This document shows positions 40,768 to 50,831 of a DNA stretch of 64,000 bases, in pieces. Location of the stretch: the NCBI GenBank assembly GCA_029856145.1, contig JAHQWK010000023.1:47999-111998 (forward strand), given 5' to 3'. A program made the position numbers and the translations under genes. The DNA is from Promethearchaeia archaeon. Lineage in GTDB: Archaea; Asgardarchaeota; Lokiarchaeia; Sigyniarchaeales; SOKP01. Position 1 is the stretch's first letter, and each line of letters opens with the position of its first letter. The notes beneath the pieces were generated by a model. The model searched no databases. It worked only from the letters and a program-made list of their open reading frames with translations, and was not told the DNA's origin.

Positions 40768-41955
40768 CTATACGTATTCTATTGTAGCGGGAGGTTTAGG
40801 TGTAACATCATAATAAATAAACCTAGTTCCAGGGATTTGAAGTAATTTTTTAGATAATTCATTTAGTAAATTTATCGGTAAGTTAGTAACAGTCGCGGTT
40901 CTTGCGTCCTTACTATTAACTGATCTAATTACAATATCATATTGACCTTCTTCTTTACCCTTCAATTCATATAATAATCTTGCGTATCCTTTTATTTGAG
41001 AAGCTTTTTTAGTAAGTATTTCATAATCCCATTCTCCTTTTTCACATAAAGGCATTTCATATATTCTCTTCCCTTCCACTAACCCAGTAACTTTTTTATC
41101 AAGGATATTTTCACTTATAGCAGCAAATATTTGAAATGGTTCTTGTTCTCCATCATTATTTATAATCATAGTTTTTCCATATTTTTCTTTATAATAATCT
41201 TCAACAGAAGATTCAATGAAGTCATGGACATTCTTTTCAAAAACAAGGTTTTCTTCAGTGACCGGTCCGATAATTCTAGCTGAAAGCGCAGGACCTGGAA
41301 ACGCTTTTCTATAAATAAGATCGTGTGGCATATTGAAATATTCAAGGATTTGACGTACTTCATGTTTTGTAAGGCTGGCAACTGGTTGAATTGTTGCCTC
41401 AACATCGTATTCAATTTCAACATTATGTTGGCTTTTTACGAATCCTTCAATGTGGTTCTCCATTAGCACTTTTTCCTCCTCAAGGCTCATAGTTTCCTTC
41501 AAGTCAGTGATCTTAACTCCAAAGCTTTCCTCAATATCAGGAAGTATAGTTCCATCTGCGAGTAAATCGCAATTTTCTTCCCGAATTACTTTACTTATAA
41601 TTTCTGAATAAGCTGCTTTAAAGAGTTTTCTTTTTTCTTCAGCGTTCCCTTCACCATAGATTTTTGGAAGAAACTCATTCCTAATATCTATTACTCTCAG
41701 ATCAGGAAAGAATTTTTTTATATAATCTCGTTCTTCCACTCCCTTGATAATCCTCATGAGGCCATGGTCAATAAACACAGGAATCGTATTGATTTTCGCT
41801 TCTTTTAGTAAAAGATATGTGGTAGAACTATCAATACCTCCAGATAGAGCACAAAAAACCTTCTTACCCCTTGCATGTTTTAGCAAGAATTGGATTGCTG
41901 CTTTAGCAAACTTTTTAGGTTCTTTAGGTGGGTTTATTAATCTATGATTTAACAT
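40768..41955 (-). CDS. guaA: GMP synthase ATP-pyrophosphatase subunit (archaeal split type)
   Basis: ALSGGIDSS PP-loop, DHGLMR, VKSQHNV, FPGPALSARI, YDVTPKPPATIEY. Confidence 0.9.
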   Translation of the reverse strand: MLNHRLINPPKEPKKFAKAAIQFLLKHARGKKVFCALSGGIDSSTTYLLLKEAKINTIPVFIDHGLMRIIKGVEERDYIKKFFPDLRVIDIRNEFLPKIYGEGNAEEKRKLFKAAYSEIISKVIREENCDLLADGTILPDIEESFGVKITDLKETMSLEEEKVLMENHIEGFVKSQHNVEIEYDVEATIQPVASLTKHEVRQILEYFNMPHDLIYRKAFPGPALSARIIGPVTEENLVFEKNVHDFIESSVEDYYKEKYGKTMIINNDGEQEPFQIFAAISENILDKKVTGLVEGKRIYEMPLCEKGEWDYEILTKKASQIKGYARLLYELKGKEEGQYDIVIRSVNSKDARTATVTNLPINLLNELSKKLLQIPGTRFIYYDVTPKPPATIEYV

Positions 41956-42078
41956 AGAATAGGTAAATTCAATTCCTAAATTAAGTGTAGTTATTAAGTG
42001 GTTATGATTTATGATTTATTCACATATTTCTAAATGAATTTACTTTTTATAAGGCAAAGAAATAATTGCATGATTTGA

Positions 42079-42951
42079 GTGTTAAATGGTATGGACAAAA
42101 TTAGAAAAATTAAAGTAACATTAAATAGTAGACCTACATTTGAAGGGGCTGGGGTACGATTAAAACGAGCCTTTGGATATTCCGATTCATCCTTAGATCC
42201 ATTTTTACTTCTTGATGATTTTCATTCAGGTGATCCTAGAGATTACATGGCAGGATTTCCCTGGCATCCTCACCGTGGTATAGAAACGATTACATATATG
42301 CTACATGGTAAAGTTAAACACGGTGATAGTTTAGGTAATGGTGGAGTTATTGAAGCTGGTGATGTCCAGTGGATGACTGCTGGATCTGGTATTATTCATC
42401 AAGAAATGCCTAAAAGAGATAAAAATGATACATTACTCTGGGGATTCCAACTTTGGGCAAATCTTCCTGCTTCACATAAAATGATGGATCCGAGATATCG
42501 AGATATAAAAAAGTCTCAAATTCCAGAAGTGTATTTGAACGATGATAAAGTTAGAATTAAGATAATTTCTGGTGAATTAAATGAGGTTAAAGGCCCTGTG
42601 CAAGACATTATCACTGACCCTGAATATTTAGATATCATAATAGGTCCACAATCGGAATTAGTTCATCCTATAAGAGAAGGGTATAATGTTATTGCGTACA
42701 CAATTGAAGGTGAGGGATATTTCGATGATGATAAAAGAGAACTAGTAAAAAAAGAAACATTAGTAATCTACCGAGAGGGAGATGAAATAAAAGTTACTAC
42801 AGAAAAAGAAAAAGTTCGCTTCTTATTAGTATCTGGGAAACCATTAAAAGAATCTGTTGCTTGGCGTGGACCGATTGTAATGAACACAGATGAAGAATTG
42901 AGAATAGCTTTCGAAGAATTTCAAAACGGTACATTCATTAAGCATCAATAA
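42079..42951 (+). CDS. Pirin family protein
   Basis: DPFLLLDDF, GFPWHPHRGIETITY, WMTAGSGIIHQE, GPIVMNT. Confidence 0.95.
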   Translation: MLNGMDKIRKIKVTLNSRPTFEGAGVRLKRAFGYSDSSLDPFLLLDDFHSGDPRDYMAGFPWHPHRGIETITYMLHGKVKHGDSLGNGGVIEAGDVQWMTAGSGIIHQEMPKRDKNDTLLWGFQLWANLPASHKMMDPRYRDIKKSQIPEVYLNDDKVRIKIISGELNEVKGPVQDIITDPEYLDIIIGPQSELVHPIREGYNVIAYTIEGEGYFDDDKRELVKKETLVIYREGDEIKVTTEKEKVRFLLVSGKPLKESVAWRGPIVMNTDEELRIAFEEFQNGTFIKHQ

Positions 42952-43050
42952 GAACCAAAAAATAGAATAAATTGACTACTTTTATTATTTGCATAATTTT
43001 AAATGATTGGATTATTATCAATTATTTAAAATTACTTACGTGAAAAACTT

Positions 43051-43320
43051 TTGGAAGAAGAAATCTCTTCAGAACTTAGAGAAAAAATTCATAAGAATGT
43101 GGATAAAATATTTGATAAATGGTTTGATAAAGCTTCGAAAGGTGAATCTATAGAAGGAATAGTTAAAAGTCTCATGGTTGAAAAGGTAATGAACGTTCTC
43201 GGAGCAATGATAAAGAGAACTGTTGTAAAAAAAGTAGCCAAAAAAGCGGTAAAGAAAGCAGTTGATAAATATTGGGAGAAAAATCGAGATAGTATTTTGG
43301 AAAAAATTAAAAATTTATAA
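43051..43320 (+). CDS. Small helical hypothetical protein
   Basis: 89-aa ORF with coding-like composition. Confidence 0.65.
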   Translation: MEEEISSELREKIHKNVDKIFDKWFDKASKGESIEGIVKSLMVEKVMNVLGAMIKRTVVKKVAKKAVKKAVDKYWEKNRDSILEKIKNL

Positions 43321-43400
43321 GTTTTTTATTCTTTTTTTAAGAGAATCTCTCTATTATATTGATTTATAATTCAAAATTTAATTAATTTAATAGGTTTATT

Positions 43401-44261
43401 ATGATCTCTAGAAATAATTTTAAGATTTTTGATGCACATCTTCATACTTATGGAATCTTTCTTAGTCCTCATGAAGATATAATAAGTTATATGGATCATC
43501 ACAATGTAGAAAAAGCGATAATAACAACGATAAATAGAGCTAAATTTCACAATAAGCAAAAAGAATATGCTTCTAATATGGATGATCGAGATGATCTTAG
43601 CAAATATTTAGATGATTTTAAGAATATAATACCAAAAGGACAATTGTCTCATAAAGATGTAATAGATATCACAAATAAAGCACCAGACAGGTTTTATAAG
43701 TTTTTCTGGTTCAACCCAAAATTAAATCCTGAAGAAGAGGAAAATAATTATAAAATATTGGAAGATCACTTTAAAAAAAGCTTTATAGGAGTTAAAATAC
43801 ATGGTAGTTTTAATTTTTTTAAATTTCCTAAAGACATTTTAAAGTTAGCTGCATTTATGCAAGATTTTGATAAGAAAATCATACTTTTCATCCATTCACA
43901 TCCAAAAACTAAATTCTATGATGGTTCTGAGCCACAAGATATTGCAAAGTTAGCAAGAAAATTCCCAGATTTAAGAATTATTGTTGGACATGCAGCATAT
44001 TGTATGGAATATGCTGTGGGTGTAGGATTATTATTGAAGAAGTTTGATAATATATACTTTGAAACAAGTTGTTCTGTTTCTTTAGGTATATATAATCTTA
44101 TTAAAACATTAGGTCATAAAAGATTATTATTTGGCTCTGACTCACCAACAACTTCAACTTTACCAATTGAAATTGAAAAAATAATATCACTTCCAAGAAC
44201 CTCAAATGAAGTAAAACAGGATATTTTTTATAATAATGTATCAAACCTACTGAAGTCATAA
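43401..44261 (+). CDS. Amidohydrolase family protein (Amidohydro_2)
   Basis: DAHLH, GVKIH, FIHS, IVGHA, YFETS, LFGSDSP. Confidence 0.9.
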   Translation: MISRNNFKIFDAHLHTYGIFLSPHEDIISYMDHHNVEKAIITTINRAKFHNKQKEYASNMDDRDDLSKYLDDFKNIIPKGQLSHKDVIDITNKAPDRFYKFFWFNPKLNPEEEENNYKILEDHFKKSFIGVKIHGSFNFFKFPKDILKLAAFMQDFDKKIILFIHSHPKTKFYDGSEPQDIAKLARKFPDLRIIVGHAAYCMEYAVGVGLLLKKFDNIYFETSCSVSLGIYNLIKTLGHKRLLFGSDSPTTSTLPIEIEKIISLPRTSNEVKQDIFYNNVSNLLKS

Positions 44262-44537
44262 ACTCATTATTGATAAAGCACTAATTAAACATTAAGATTT
44301 AGTTTTACAAGAATTTTTAATTTCTTAAAAATTCCTTAAATTTTGACAGAGCTTATAAGTTTATCATTTTTGTAAATCTTGAATTTATTAATGTGATAAT
44401 TTGTTATTTGCTTATTATTAAATTGTGAGATATTTAATCATATTTCCTTTTTTTATTTTCAATTTAATAATAAATCAATTAAAAGACAAATCCTATCTTT
44501 TTTTAATTATAAATTATAAAAATATAAAGATGATTAA

Positions 44538-45110
44538 GTGAGTTATTTAAGGGACAATAAAGTCTGGGAGGAAGAAGATAATATAAATTGGGATGTTGTA
44601 AAAATTTCGAAAGTTGACGACAAAATTATTCAAAGATTAATAATGAATCTAACTTTAGATACGTCTGATTTATCACAGAACTTTTTTATATCTTTTGAAA
44701 GCCTTTTGAAACTAGGAAAGAAGATAGAACCAGTTCTCGATTCTTTTATTCAAGAAACATCTGAAATTCATAATTTTAAAGTTGATATTTTCAACTTTAT
44801 TTTCGATTTTATAAAAAATAACACTCTCAAGTATGTCTTGGTACCTCAATTATATCATCCTGATTTTATTACAAGAGCTAGAACGATATTAAGACTTGAA
44901 TTAGCAGGTGATATGAATTATCTTAACTTTATACTACCCCTATTAAATGATCCTGACGATTCTGTTCGTTGGGCAGTAATCCGATTTTTAAACACACATT
45001 TACATCTCATAAATAATCCTTTAGTTTATAAGGAATTAAAGAGTCATATTGAGAAAGAATTAAATCCTGTAATTAAAGAGAAAATGATAGAATTATTAAA
45101 AAAAAAGTGA
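44538..45110 (+). CDS. HEAT-repeat protein
   Basis: LYHPDFITRARTI, LLNDPDDSVRWAVI, ELNPVIKE. Confidence 0.8.
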   Translation: MSYLRDNKVWEEEDNINWDVVKISKVDDKIIQRLIMNLTLDTSDLSQNFFISFESLLKLGKKIEPVLDSFIQETSEIHNFKVDIFNFIFDFIKNNTLKYVLVPQLYHPDFITRARTILRLELAGDMNYLNFILPLLNDPDDSVRWAVIRFLNTHLHLINNPLVYKELKSHIEKELNPVIKEKMIELLKKK

Positions 45111-45526
45111 AAAGGACTTTTCCTTTAATTCTATATTTTCAATCATGCAAGTTGTTTATAGATTTAATAATAAACCTCGTCAGCATAGAAAAGACTTAAA
45201 ATTATATCTTGGTCCTTCATTTAATTTTTTCATAGAGGTGATGCTTTATTCTAATCCCAATAAAAAAAATACTATAGAGTTTTAAGTTTTAGTTTTTCGA
45301 AAAAAAAGGTTTGACATATTTAAAAGTAAAAATCACTTCAGTTTTTGAGTTTCATATAATGTATGTGCTTAAAACTAAAACAAAAAAATTTCAAATTATA
45401 TTTAAAAAGGTTGGAATTCATTAAAGTAATAATATAAGAGGTATAATAATATAAATACTAAAATTGATTTATTTACCTAATTACTCAAGGTTTAATTAAT
45501 AATTAAAGAAAAAGCGTGTTAAGACT

Positions 45527-46060
45527 ATGTGTGCGAATTATCATTATACATATAAGATTTTGCTTTTAGGTGATGCTAGTGTCGGAAAAACATCATTTAC
45601 AAAAAGATATTGTTATAATATATTTAATCCAAGCGAGAGATTAACTATCGGTGTTGATTTTCACGTTAAAACAATCGAATTAAATGAAAAGCGAATTAAA
45701 TTACAATTATGGGATGTTGGAGGAGAAGAACGTTTTCGGTTTTTATTACCCACATACTGTTTAGGCGCAAATGCAGCATTTTTACTTTATGATATTACTA
45801 GACCCTCTACTTTAGATAATATTTCAGAATGGATCACGATTGTTAGGCAAAAAGGTGGACAAATTCCAATTATGCTCGTTGGGTCAAAATTAGACCTTGA
45901 AAAATCTCAACGACAGGTTCAAAGAGAATATGGAATACAAATTGCTGAAAAAAATGATATGGCCAGTTTTGCCGAAATTTCAGCTAAAGAGAATGCCAAC
46001 GTGGATGATGCTTTTAAAGTTCTTACTGAACTCACATTAGAAAAAACAGGTAATAGGTGA
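45527..46060 (+). CDS. Rab-like small GTPase (G3 DVGGE, G4 SKLD variant)
   Basis: KILLLGDASVGKTS, TIGVDF, LQLWDVGGEERFR, GSKLDL, ISAK. Confidence 0.93.
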   Translation: MCANYHYTYKILLLGDASVGKTSFTKRYCYNIFNPSERLTIGVDFHVKTIELNEKRIKLQLWDVGGEERFRFLLPTYCLGANAAFLLYDITRPSTLDNISEWITIVRQKGGQIPIMLVGSKLDLEKSQRQVQREYGIQIAEKNDMASFAEISAKENANVDDAFKVLTELTLEKTGNR

Positions 46061-46064
46061 TGTA

Positions 46065-47027
46065 ATGGAAGAAACCGAATTTTTACCCCTTAGCCAATTA
46101 TTCGATTCAATTGGCATCATAGAAAAAGGTATTGAAAGAATATACCATTACCTCCTATTGAACAAAAGAATAGATAATTTAAAAGAGGTGTGTGATCAAT
46201 TTAATCTCTCATTAAAAAGAGGTTATAAAATCTGTTCAGTATTAAGTGATCTAGGTCTTGTACAGATTTATGATAGACCTATGAAAATCCACATTGCTAA
46301 TCCAATAATGACATTATGGCAAAATATCATACATAAACGAATCGAAGATCTTCAAAATGAATTCCAAGAGAAAAGAGATAAGTGTGAATCTGCTCTTGAT
46401 GGTTTTATTAAAAAATTTAGAATGGATGAAGAAGTAATTCAAGAACCTGTTGAATTTATTAACTATAATGTCAAAAATTTTGATGAATCATATCATTCCT
46501 TCTTGGCTCAAAGTGAAAGTAAAATTGCGATAGGCATTAGATATGAGAATCCTTTGATTGATTTGATACATAAATATGGTTATAATAAGGTTCCGAGTGA
46601 AATAAGCGAATCTATAAAAACAGGAATGAATAGAATTAAAGAGAATCTGAAAAATATCACTATTCAAGTTATTTTTCATTCCGATGTTGTTAAAGACCTT
46701 ATAAATAGACGGGAATTTGAACTACTCACAAATCATATTGAACATTTCAATTTGGAGTTTAAAAATATATTAATTCATGTAACAGATGAAAACTTTAGTA
46801 ACTTTAGTCTAACTGATAATGAGCTAATTCAACCTAGCTTTGATCCTGCATTTGAGCTTATAGGAGTATATATCTCAAGAAACAGAAGTATATATCAAAT
46901 CTTCGATGAAAAATTTATTCAAATTTTTAAAAATGGTATCCCAATTAAGCAATTTTTAAAAGATAAAGAAGAAATCAAAATAGATTCTCTTTCAGAGACT
47001 CAACAATTTGTTTTATGTATACTGTGA
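46065..47027 (+). CDS. TrmB-like winged-helix regulator with a C-terminal PLD-like/sensor domain
   Basis: N-terminal IYHYLL...LKEVCDQFNLSLKRGYKICSVLSDLGLV...P wHTH, then a coiled coil; 4 bp after the GTPase stop. Confidence 0.65.
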   Translation: MEETEFLPLSQLFDSIGIIEKGIERIYHYLLLNKRIDNLKEVCDQFNLSLKRGYKICSVLSDLGLVQIYDRPMKIHIANPIMTLWQNIIHKRIEDLQNEFQEKRDKCESALDGFIKKFRMDEEVIQEPVEFINYNVKNFDESYHSFLAQSESKIAIGIRYENPLIDLIHKYGYNKVPSEISESIKTGMNRIKENLKNITIQVIFHSDVVKDLINRREFELLTNHIEHFNLEFKNILIHVTDENFSNFSLTDNELIQPSFDPAFELIGVYISRNRSIYQIFDEKFIQIFKNGIPIKQFLKDKEEIKIDSLSETQQFVLCIL

Positions 47028-47058
47028 TTCACAAGAAATAAAAAATTAAAAATTATAA

Positions 47059-48588
47059 TTATTGTTTTTTCTTTTTTTGCATTGCTTTTCCAAACTTTTC
47101 AAGCATTTTTCGAGGAGTAACTGTTGGCCTTTCATATCTTTTTAATTTTGATTTTATCCCAAAAAGGTACTTGGCAATGTTTTTTAGCTTTTCAGTATCA
47201 TAACGCATCATCATAGTAATTGTCTCCATGGCGGGTGACCCACCACCATGCAAACCAGCAACCTGCATTAGACCAGCTAGATCGGAAACTAACAAAGCTT
47301 CTATCCCCCGAAAACAACGATACATATATTCAGGTTTAACTCTAGGATTTCTTTTTAAATATTTCATAGCAAGATCTCCTACCTCTTCAGAAAAGAATGA
47401 ACCTTCATATGGTAAAGTCGCAACTATACCTCCAGATAAATCCGCGAGAATTTTGTATTCTTCATATATATTTTCTCCTGCTAATCTTCTACCTGCATTT
47501 GTAAGGATTTCATCTGGAATCTGGGTGCCTGAAGGAGATTTTTCTGAATGTTTTGCACTTGACTCTCCAGCAGCAAAAACTAGTTCAGCAATACCAATAA
47601 TATGTGATAATTTATCTTGCACATGAGACGCTTTTTCAATACCGTTATATTCTGCAACTAGGGCAGCGGATGAAGCTAAAATTTCCGAAACTGCCGGTTT
47701 ACACCCAGTATAGGAGTGTCTATGATAATGAGCAAACATTAAAGCTAAAAATCCAGCATATGAGGTTTGACGTGGATCACCATGACCATTCAGAAAAACC
47801 CGTTCATTTGGGATGAAAACGTCATCAAAAATAATGAATGTCTCTGCATCACCCATATTTAATCCTGGAGCATCAGCGTATTTACTTTTTCGGTAATACG
47901 CAGGTCTTGTAAGTAGCTTCACACCATCCCAATCTCCAGGTAAAGCAAATGCAACTGCATAGTCCTTATCTTCTGGCCCCATATATCTACATGGAACTGC
48001 TATTAATTCATCGGCGTAAGGTGTGTTAGTAATATTAATTTTACATCCTCTAACAACGATACCATCTTCTCTTGTCTCTATTACTCTTAAATATTGATCT
48101 GGGTCTTCTTGTTGGTGTGGTCGTTTTAAACGATCTCCTTTAGCATCTGTCTGGGCGCAACTAGCTACTATATCCCGATCTTGAAAATATTCCAAATATT
48201 TCATAAATCTTTTATAATGGTCTGTCCCGAGAGCTTGATCCATCTCATAAGTAATAACTGATAATGCATTCATCGCATCAATACCCATACATCGCTGAAT
48301 ACATCCTCCAACACGATAACATAAAAGACGAGTCATTTTCTGTTTTTTTAATAGATCTTCTTCACTTTGGTGTATATGGCAAAACCGATTTATCTTTTTA
48401 CCAGTTAAATGCGAGGTTGATGTGCATAAATCTTCGTATTCTGGGTCATAAGCACGATCAAAAGTTTCTCTAATAATGTTCATACCACCTTGGATACGAG
48501 GGTCATCTCGGCTAACTCTTTCCTCACCAATATAAATATTTGGTTTCATTTTCTTTAAATCTTCAACATATTGATCGAATGTACGAAT
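47059..48588 (-). CDS. 4-hydroxybutyryl-CoA dehydratase-like paralog (HpaB/AbfD family); probable ATT start
   Basis: CIQRCMG, AQTDAKGDR, HRHSYTGCK, HGGGSP. The in-frame upstream IRTFDQYVEDLKK matches the paralog N-terminus LKTPEEYLESIK. Confidence 0.88.
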   Translation of the reverse strand: MRTFDQYVEDLKKMKPNIYIGEERVSRDDPRIQGGMNIIRETFDRAYDPEYEDLCTSTSHLTGKKINRFCHIHQSEEDLLKKQKMTRLLCYRVGGCIQRCMGIDAMNALSVITYEMDQALGTDHYKRFMKYLEYFQDRDIVASCAQTDAKGDRLKRPHQQEDPDQYLRVIETREDGIVVRGCKINITNTPYADELIAVPCRYMGPEDKDYAVAFALPGDWDGVKLLTRPAYYRKSKYADAPGLNMGDAETFIIFDDVFIPNERVFLNGHGDPRQTSYAGFLALMFAHYHRHSYTGCKPAVSEILASSAALVAEYNGIEKASHVQDKLSHIIGIAELVFAAGESSAKHSEKSPSGTQIPDEILTNAGRRLAGENIYEEYKILADLSGGIVATLPYEGSFFSEEVGDLAMKYLKRNPRVKPEYMYRCFRGIEALLVSDLAGLMQVAGLHGGGSPAMETITMMMRYDTEKLKNIAKYLFGIKSKLKRYERPTVTPRKMLEKFGKAMQKKKKQ

Positions 48589-48735
48589 TTTAATCCTCTC
48601 TTGATTAAATTATTAAAATTAGAATCAAATTATTATAAATAATTGAAAATAGATTATAAATTAAACGCCTAAGATAAAAAACTTTAGAGTTTAGAAAGTA
48701 AAATAAAAAAAAAATTGTAGAATTTGATTATAATT

Positions 48736-48990
48736 CTAGAAAATTGCACGGTTCCTAACGTGTATCCTATTCTTCACATCTTCTATTCTTTTTACCTCTT
48801 TAAGATAATTATTGTTATATTTAGCTTTACTAAATAGTCTCAATAAAGCTTTTTTTCTTGGTTTCTCCCGTTCAATAACTTTAGATTCCTCAATTTGCTC
48901 CTCTTCCATGGGGAGTTCTTCTATAATAATAATATCTTCCAAAACAATGCTATATTTATGTTCTTTATCTTTATCTAATACTTGTACCAT
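48736..48990 (-). CDS. Small hypothetical protein (acidic N-half, basic C-half)
   Basis: Shine-Dalgarno-like GGGGTGA upstream of the ATG. Confidence 0.65.
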   Translation of the reverse strand: MVQVLDKDKEHKYSIVLEDIIIIEELPMEEEQIEESKVIEREKPRKKALLRLFSKAKYNNNYLKEVKRIEDVKNRIHVRNRAIF

Positions 48991-49011
48991 TTTTCATTCA
49001 CCCCTATTTTG

Positions 49012-49278
49012 TTATTTTAAATCTTTTATTCCAAACCTAAATTTCTCAGGATAAAAACAATAAAAACTACAGGATTGTTTCCATCTCTTTATTGCTCTCT
49101 TCTTTTCTATTGAATCTACCTCATTATTGGTAGAAACATTTTTTCTACTTAAAGTGTCAATTCCCGTAAACGGAATGTCTGAACTCATTTCTTTCGGTTC
49201 TTCCTTGACTTCTTCTTTATAAAATACGTAGAAGAATTCTTTAAAATCGGGAACTATCTTTTGCTCACTTTCAGTCAG
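49012..49278 (-). CDS. Small hypothetical protein; probable CTG start
   Basis: GGAGGTG (49286-49292) lies 7 nt before an in-frame CTG at 49278. Confidence 0.55.
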   Translation of the reverse strand: MTESEQKIVPDFKEFFYVFYKEEVKEEPKEMSSDIPFTGIDTLSRKNVSTNNEVDSIEKKRAIKRWKQSCSFYCFYPEKFRFGIKDLK

Positions 49279-49519
49279 ATTTCGCCACCTCCTCAACTAT
49301 ATTTTTTCTTACTTTGGACTACATATATAATTAAATTAGCATTATATTTTTAGTTTACTGTACTGAACTTTGATTGGAATCTTAGACAAATATTGGATAA
49401 ACCTAAAAAAATAATTTGACCCAATAAAAATTTCATTGGAAAAGCCTAAAAATCAAGAGTTTTCAGGAAATTTTATATCCACTTTATAAAAAAAGTAATT
49501 TTCAAAAGAGTTTTTTTCC

Positions 49520-50092
49520 TTATGAATCAAATAACTCCATATCAGAGGATAATGCTTTATATTTTTCATATAATTCATTAATGATTGCATTAAATGATTC
49601 AATGACTCCTTGACCTGTTTTTGCTGAGGTTACATAATATCCTAAAAATTTACGCTTTTTAACTATTTTTTGAATCTTTGATTTGTCTAAATCATTTTCA
49701 TTAATTAAATCAACTTTATTAGCAAATAAAACTACAGGAATTTCACCGCAAAATTGAATAATATCCTCATGCCAGTTTGAAATATGATTGAAACTTTCTT
49801 CACCAAGATCATTATCTTCAAGACTATACACTATTATAGCAGCTCTACTATTTTTAAAAAAGGATGGGCGTAAAAAATTGAAATCATCTTGACCTGCAAT
49901 ATCCCAGAATAATAATTTAATATTGTCTTCATTTATTTCTTTGAGGAATACAGAAAATTGAGCACCAATTGTCTTGATATAATCCTCTTGAAATCCCCCT
50001 TGAGTAAAGTTCTTAATAAGAGATGTTTTTCCGACTCTTCCATCTCCAACTACAGTTATTTTAAAATTAAATTTTGCCCCTGAATCGCTCAT
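49520..50092 (-). CDS. Rab-like small GTPase
   Basis: GDGRVGKT, TIGAQF, WDIAGQ, NKVDL, TSAKTG. Confidence 0.95.
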   Translation of the reverse strand: MSDSGAKFNFKITVVGDGRVGKTSLIKNFTQGGFQEDYIKTIGAQFSVFLKEINEDNIKLLFWDIAGQDDFNFLRPSFFKNSRAAIIVYSLEDNDLGEESFNHISNWHEDIIQFCGEIPVVLFANKVDLINENDLDKSKIQKIVKKRKFLGYYVTSAKTGQGVIESFNAIINELYEKYKALSSDMELFDS

Positions 50093-50443
50093 AAGAATGC
50101 CATATACAAATAGTACTTGAGAATATTATTTAATGTAAGATTAGATTTATAAAAATATAAAACTTTGTTTTATTATTTTAATAATCCACTCAAAGTGATA
50201 GACAAAATTGGTAGAAATAAGAAGAAAATGATCAAATTTAAAAAAATAATGATATTCAAATTTACCAAACTAGAAAAGTGTTTGTATAGAGAAAGAACAT
50301 TTTTCGAGTTAATTTTATTCTTTGTTCTTTTCAATCTGTGGTTTTTTTTAATGAAAATGGGATTTATAGAACATGGCATCTGTAACGATTTTAATTTATT
50401 TAATTCATTAATGGTGGGATTTTGGACAGCAAACCGCCCAAAT

Positions 50444-50630
50444 AGGGTAGAATATTTTATATTCTATCTTTAAGAATCAGCGGTTTTTTCTTTCTTGGAT
50501 TCTTTAAGAAAAAGAGAGCTCAAAATGTTGTTTGTTCAACAAACAACTGAGCTCTCTGCCATACCTACAGCCCTTCTCTCCCTCAATTAGCTGCCCATCT
50601 CTCCCATTTTTTACCGCTGCCACTGGTAAG
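50444..50630 (+). ncRNA. Candidate structured non-coding RNA or leader
   Basis: Consecutive hairpins, some G.U-containing, including GAGAGCTCA-AAAT-GTTGTTTGT/ACAAACAAC-TGAGCTCTC (50514-50556); closing pair CAGCGGT/ACCGCTG; locally GC-rich. Confidence 0.4.
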
Positions 50631-50736
50631 AAAGCTTTACAAAGTTCTAAAAAGGTCAATTTAGAACTTTTATTTTTTTCCTTCAACTTTAGTTCGATCG
50701 GGAGTGTTTATATAGTTTTTTGTATTAAATTCCAGA

Positions 50737-50764
50737 TGGATTCCTATAAGAGTTTAGGAATCCA
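50737..50764. promoter_or_regulatory. 10-bp perfect inverted repeat upstream of the wHTH-TPR gene (candidate operator)
   Basis: TGGATTCCTA-N8-TAGGAATCCA. Confidence 0.5.
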
Positions 50765-50831
50765 AACATTTTTATAGAATTCACTCCTATCTAATCTTGT
50801 AATAAGAAAAAAAACATATTTATGCATTATC

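Noticed and set aside
50370-50635. Cobalamin riboswitch, SRP RNA or RNase P RNA
   Set aside because: Fragments such as AATAGGG and GCCACTG occur, but order and spacing do not fit, and no SRP or RNase P conserved cores were seen.
50165-50777. Short ORFs 50165..50473, 50173..50379, 50504..50686 and 50532..50777
   Set aside because: Mutually overlapping, low-complexity, no motifs; the region is better explained as structured non-coding sequence.
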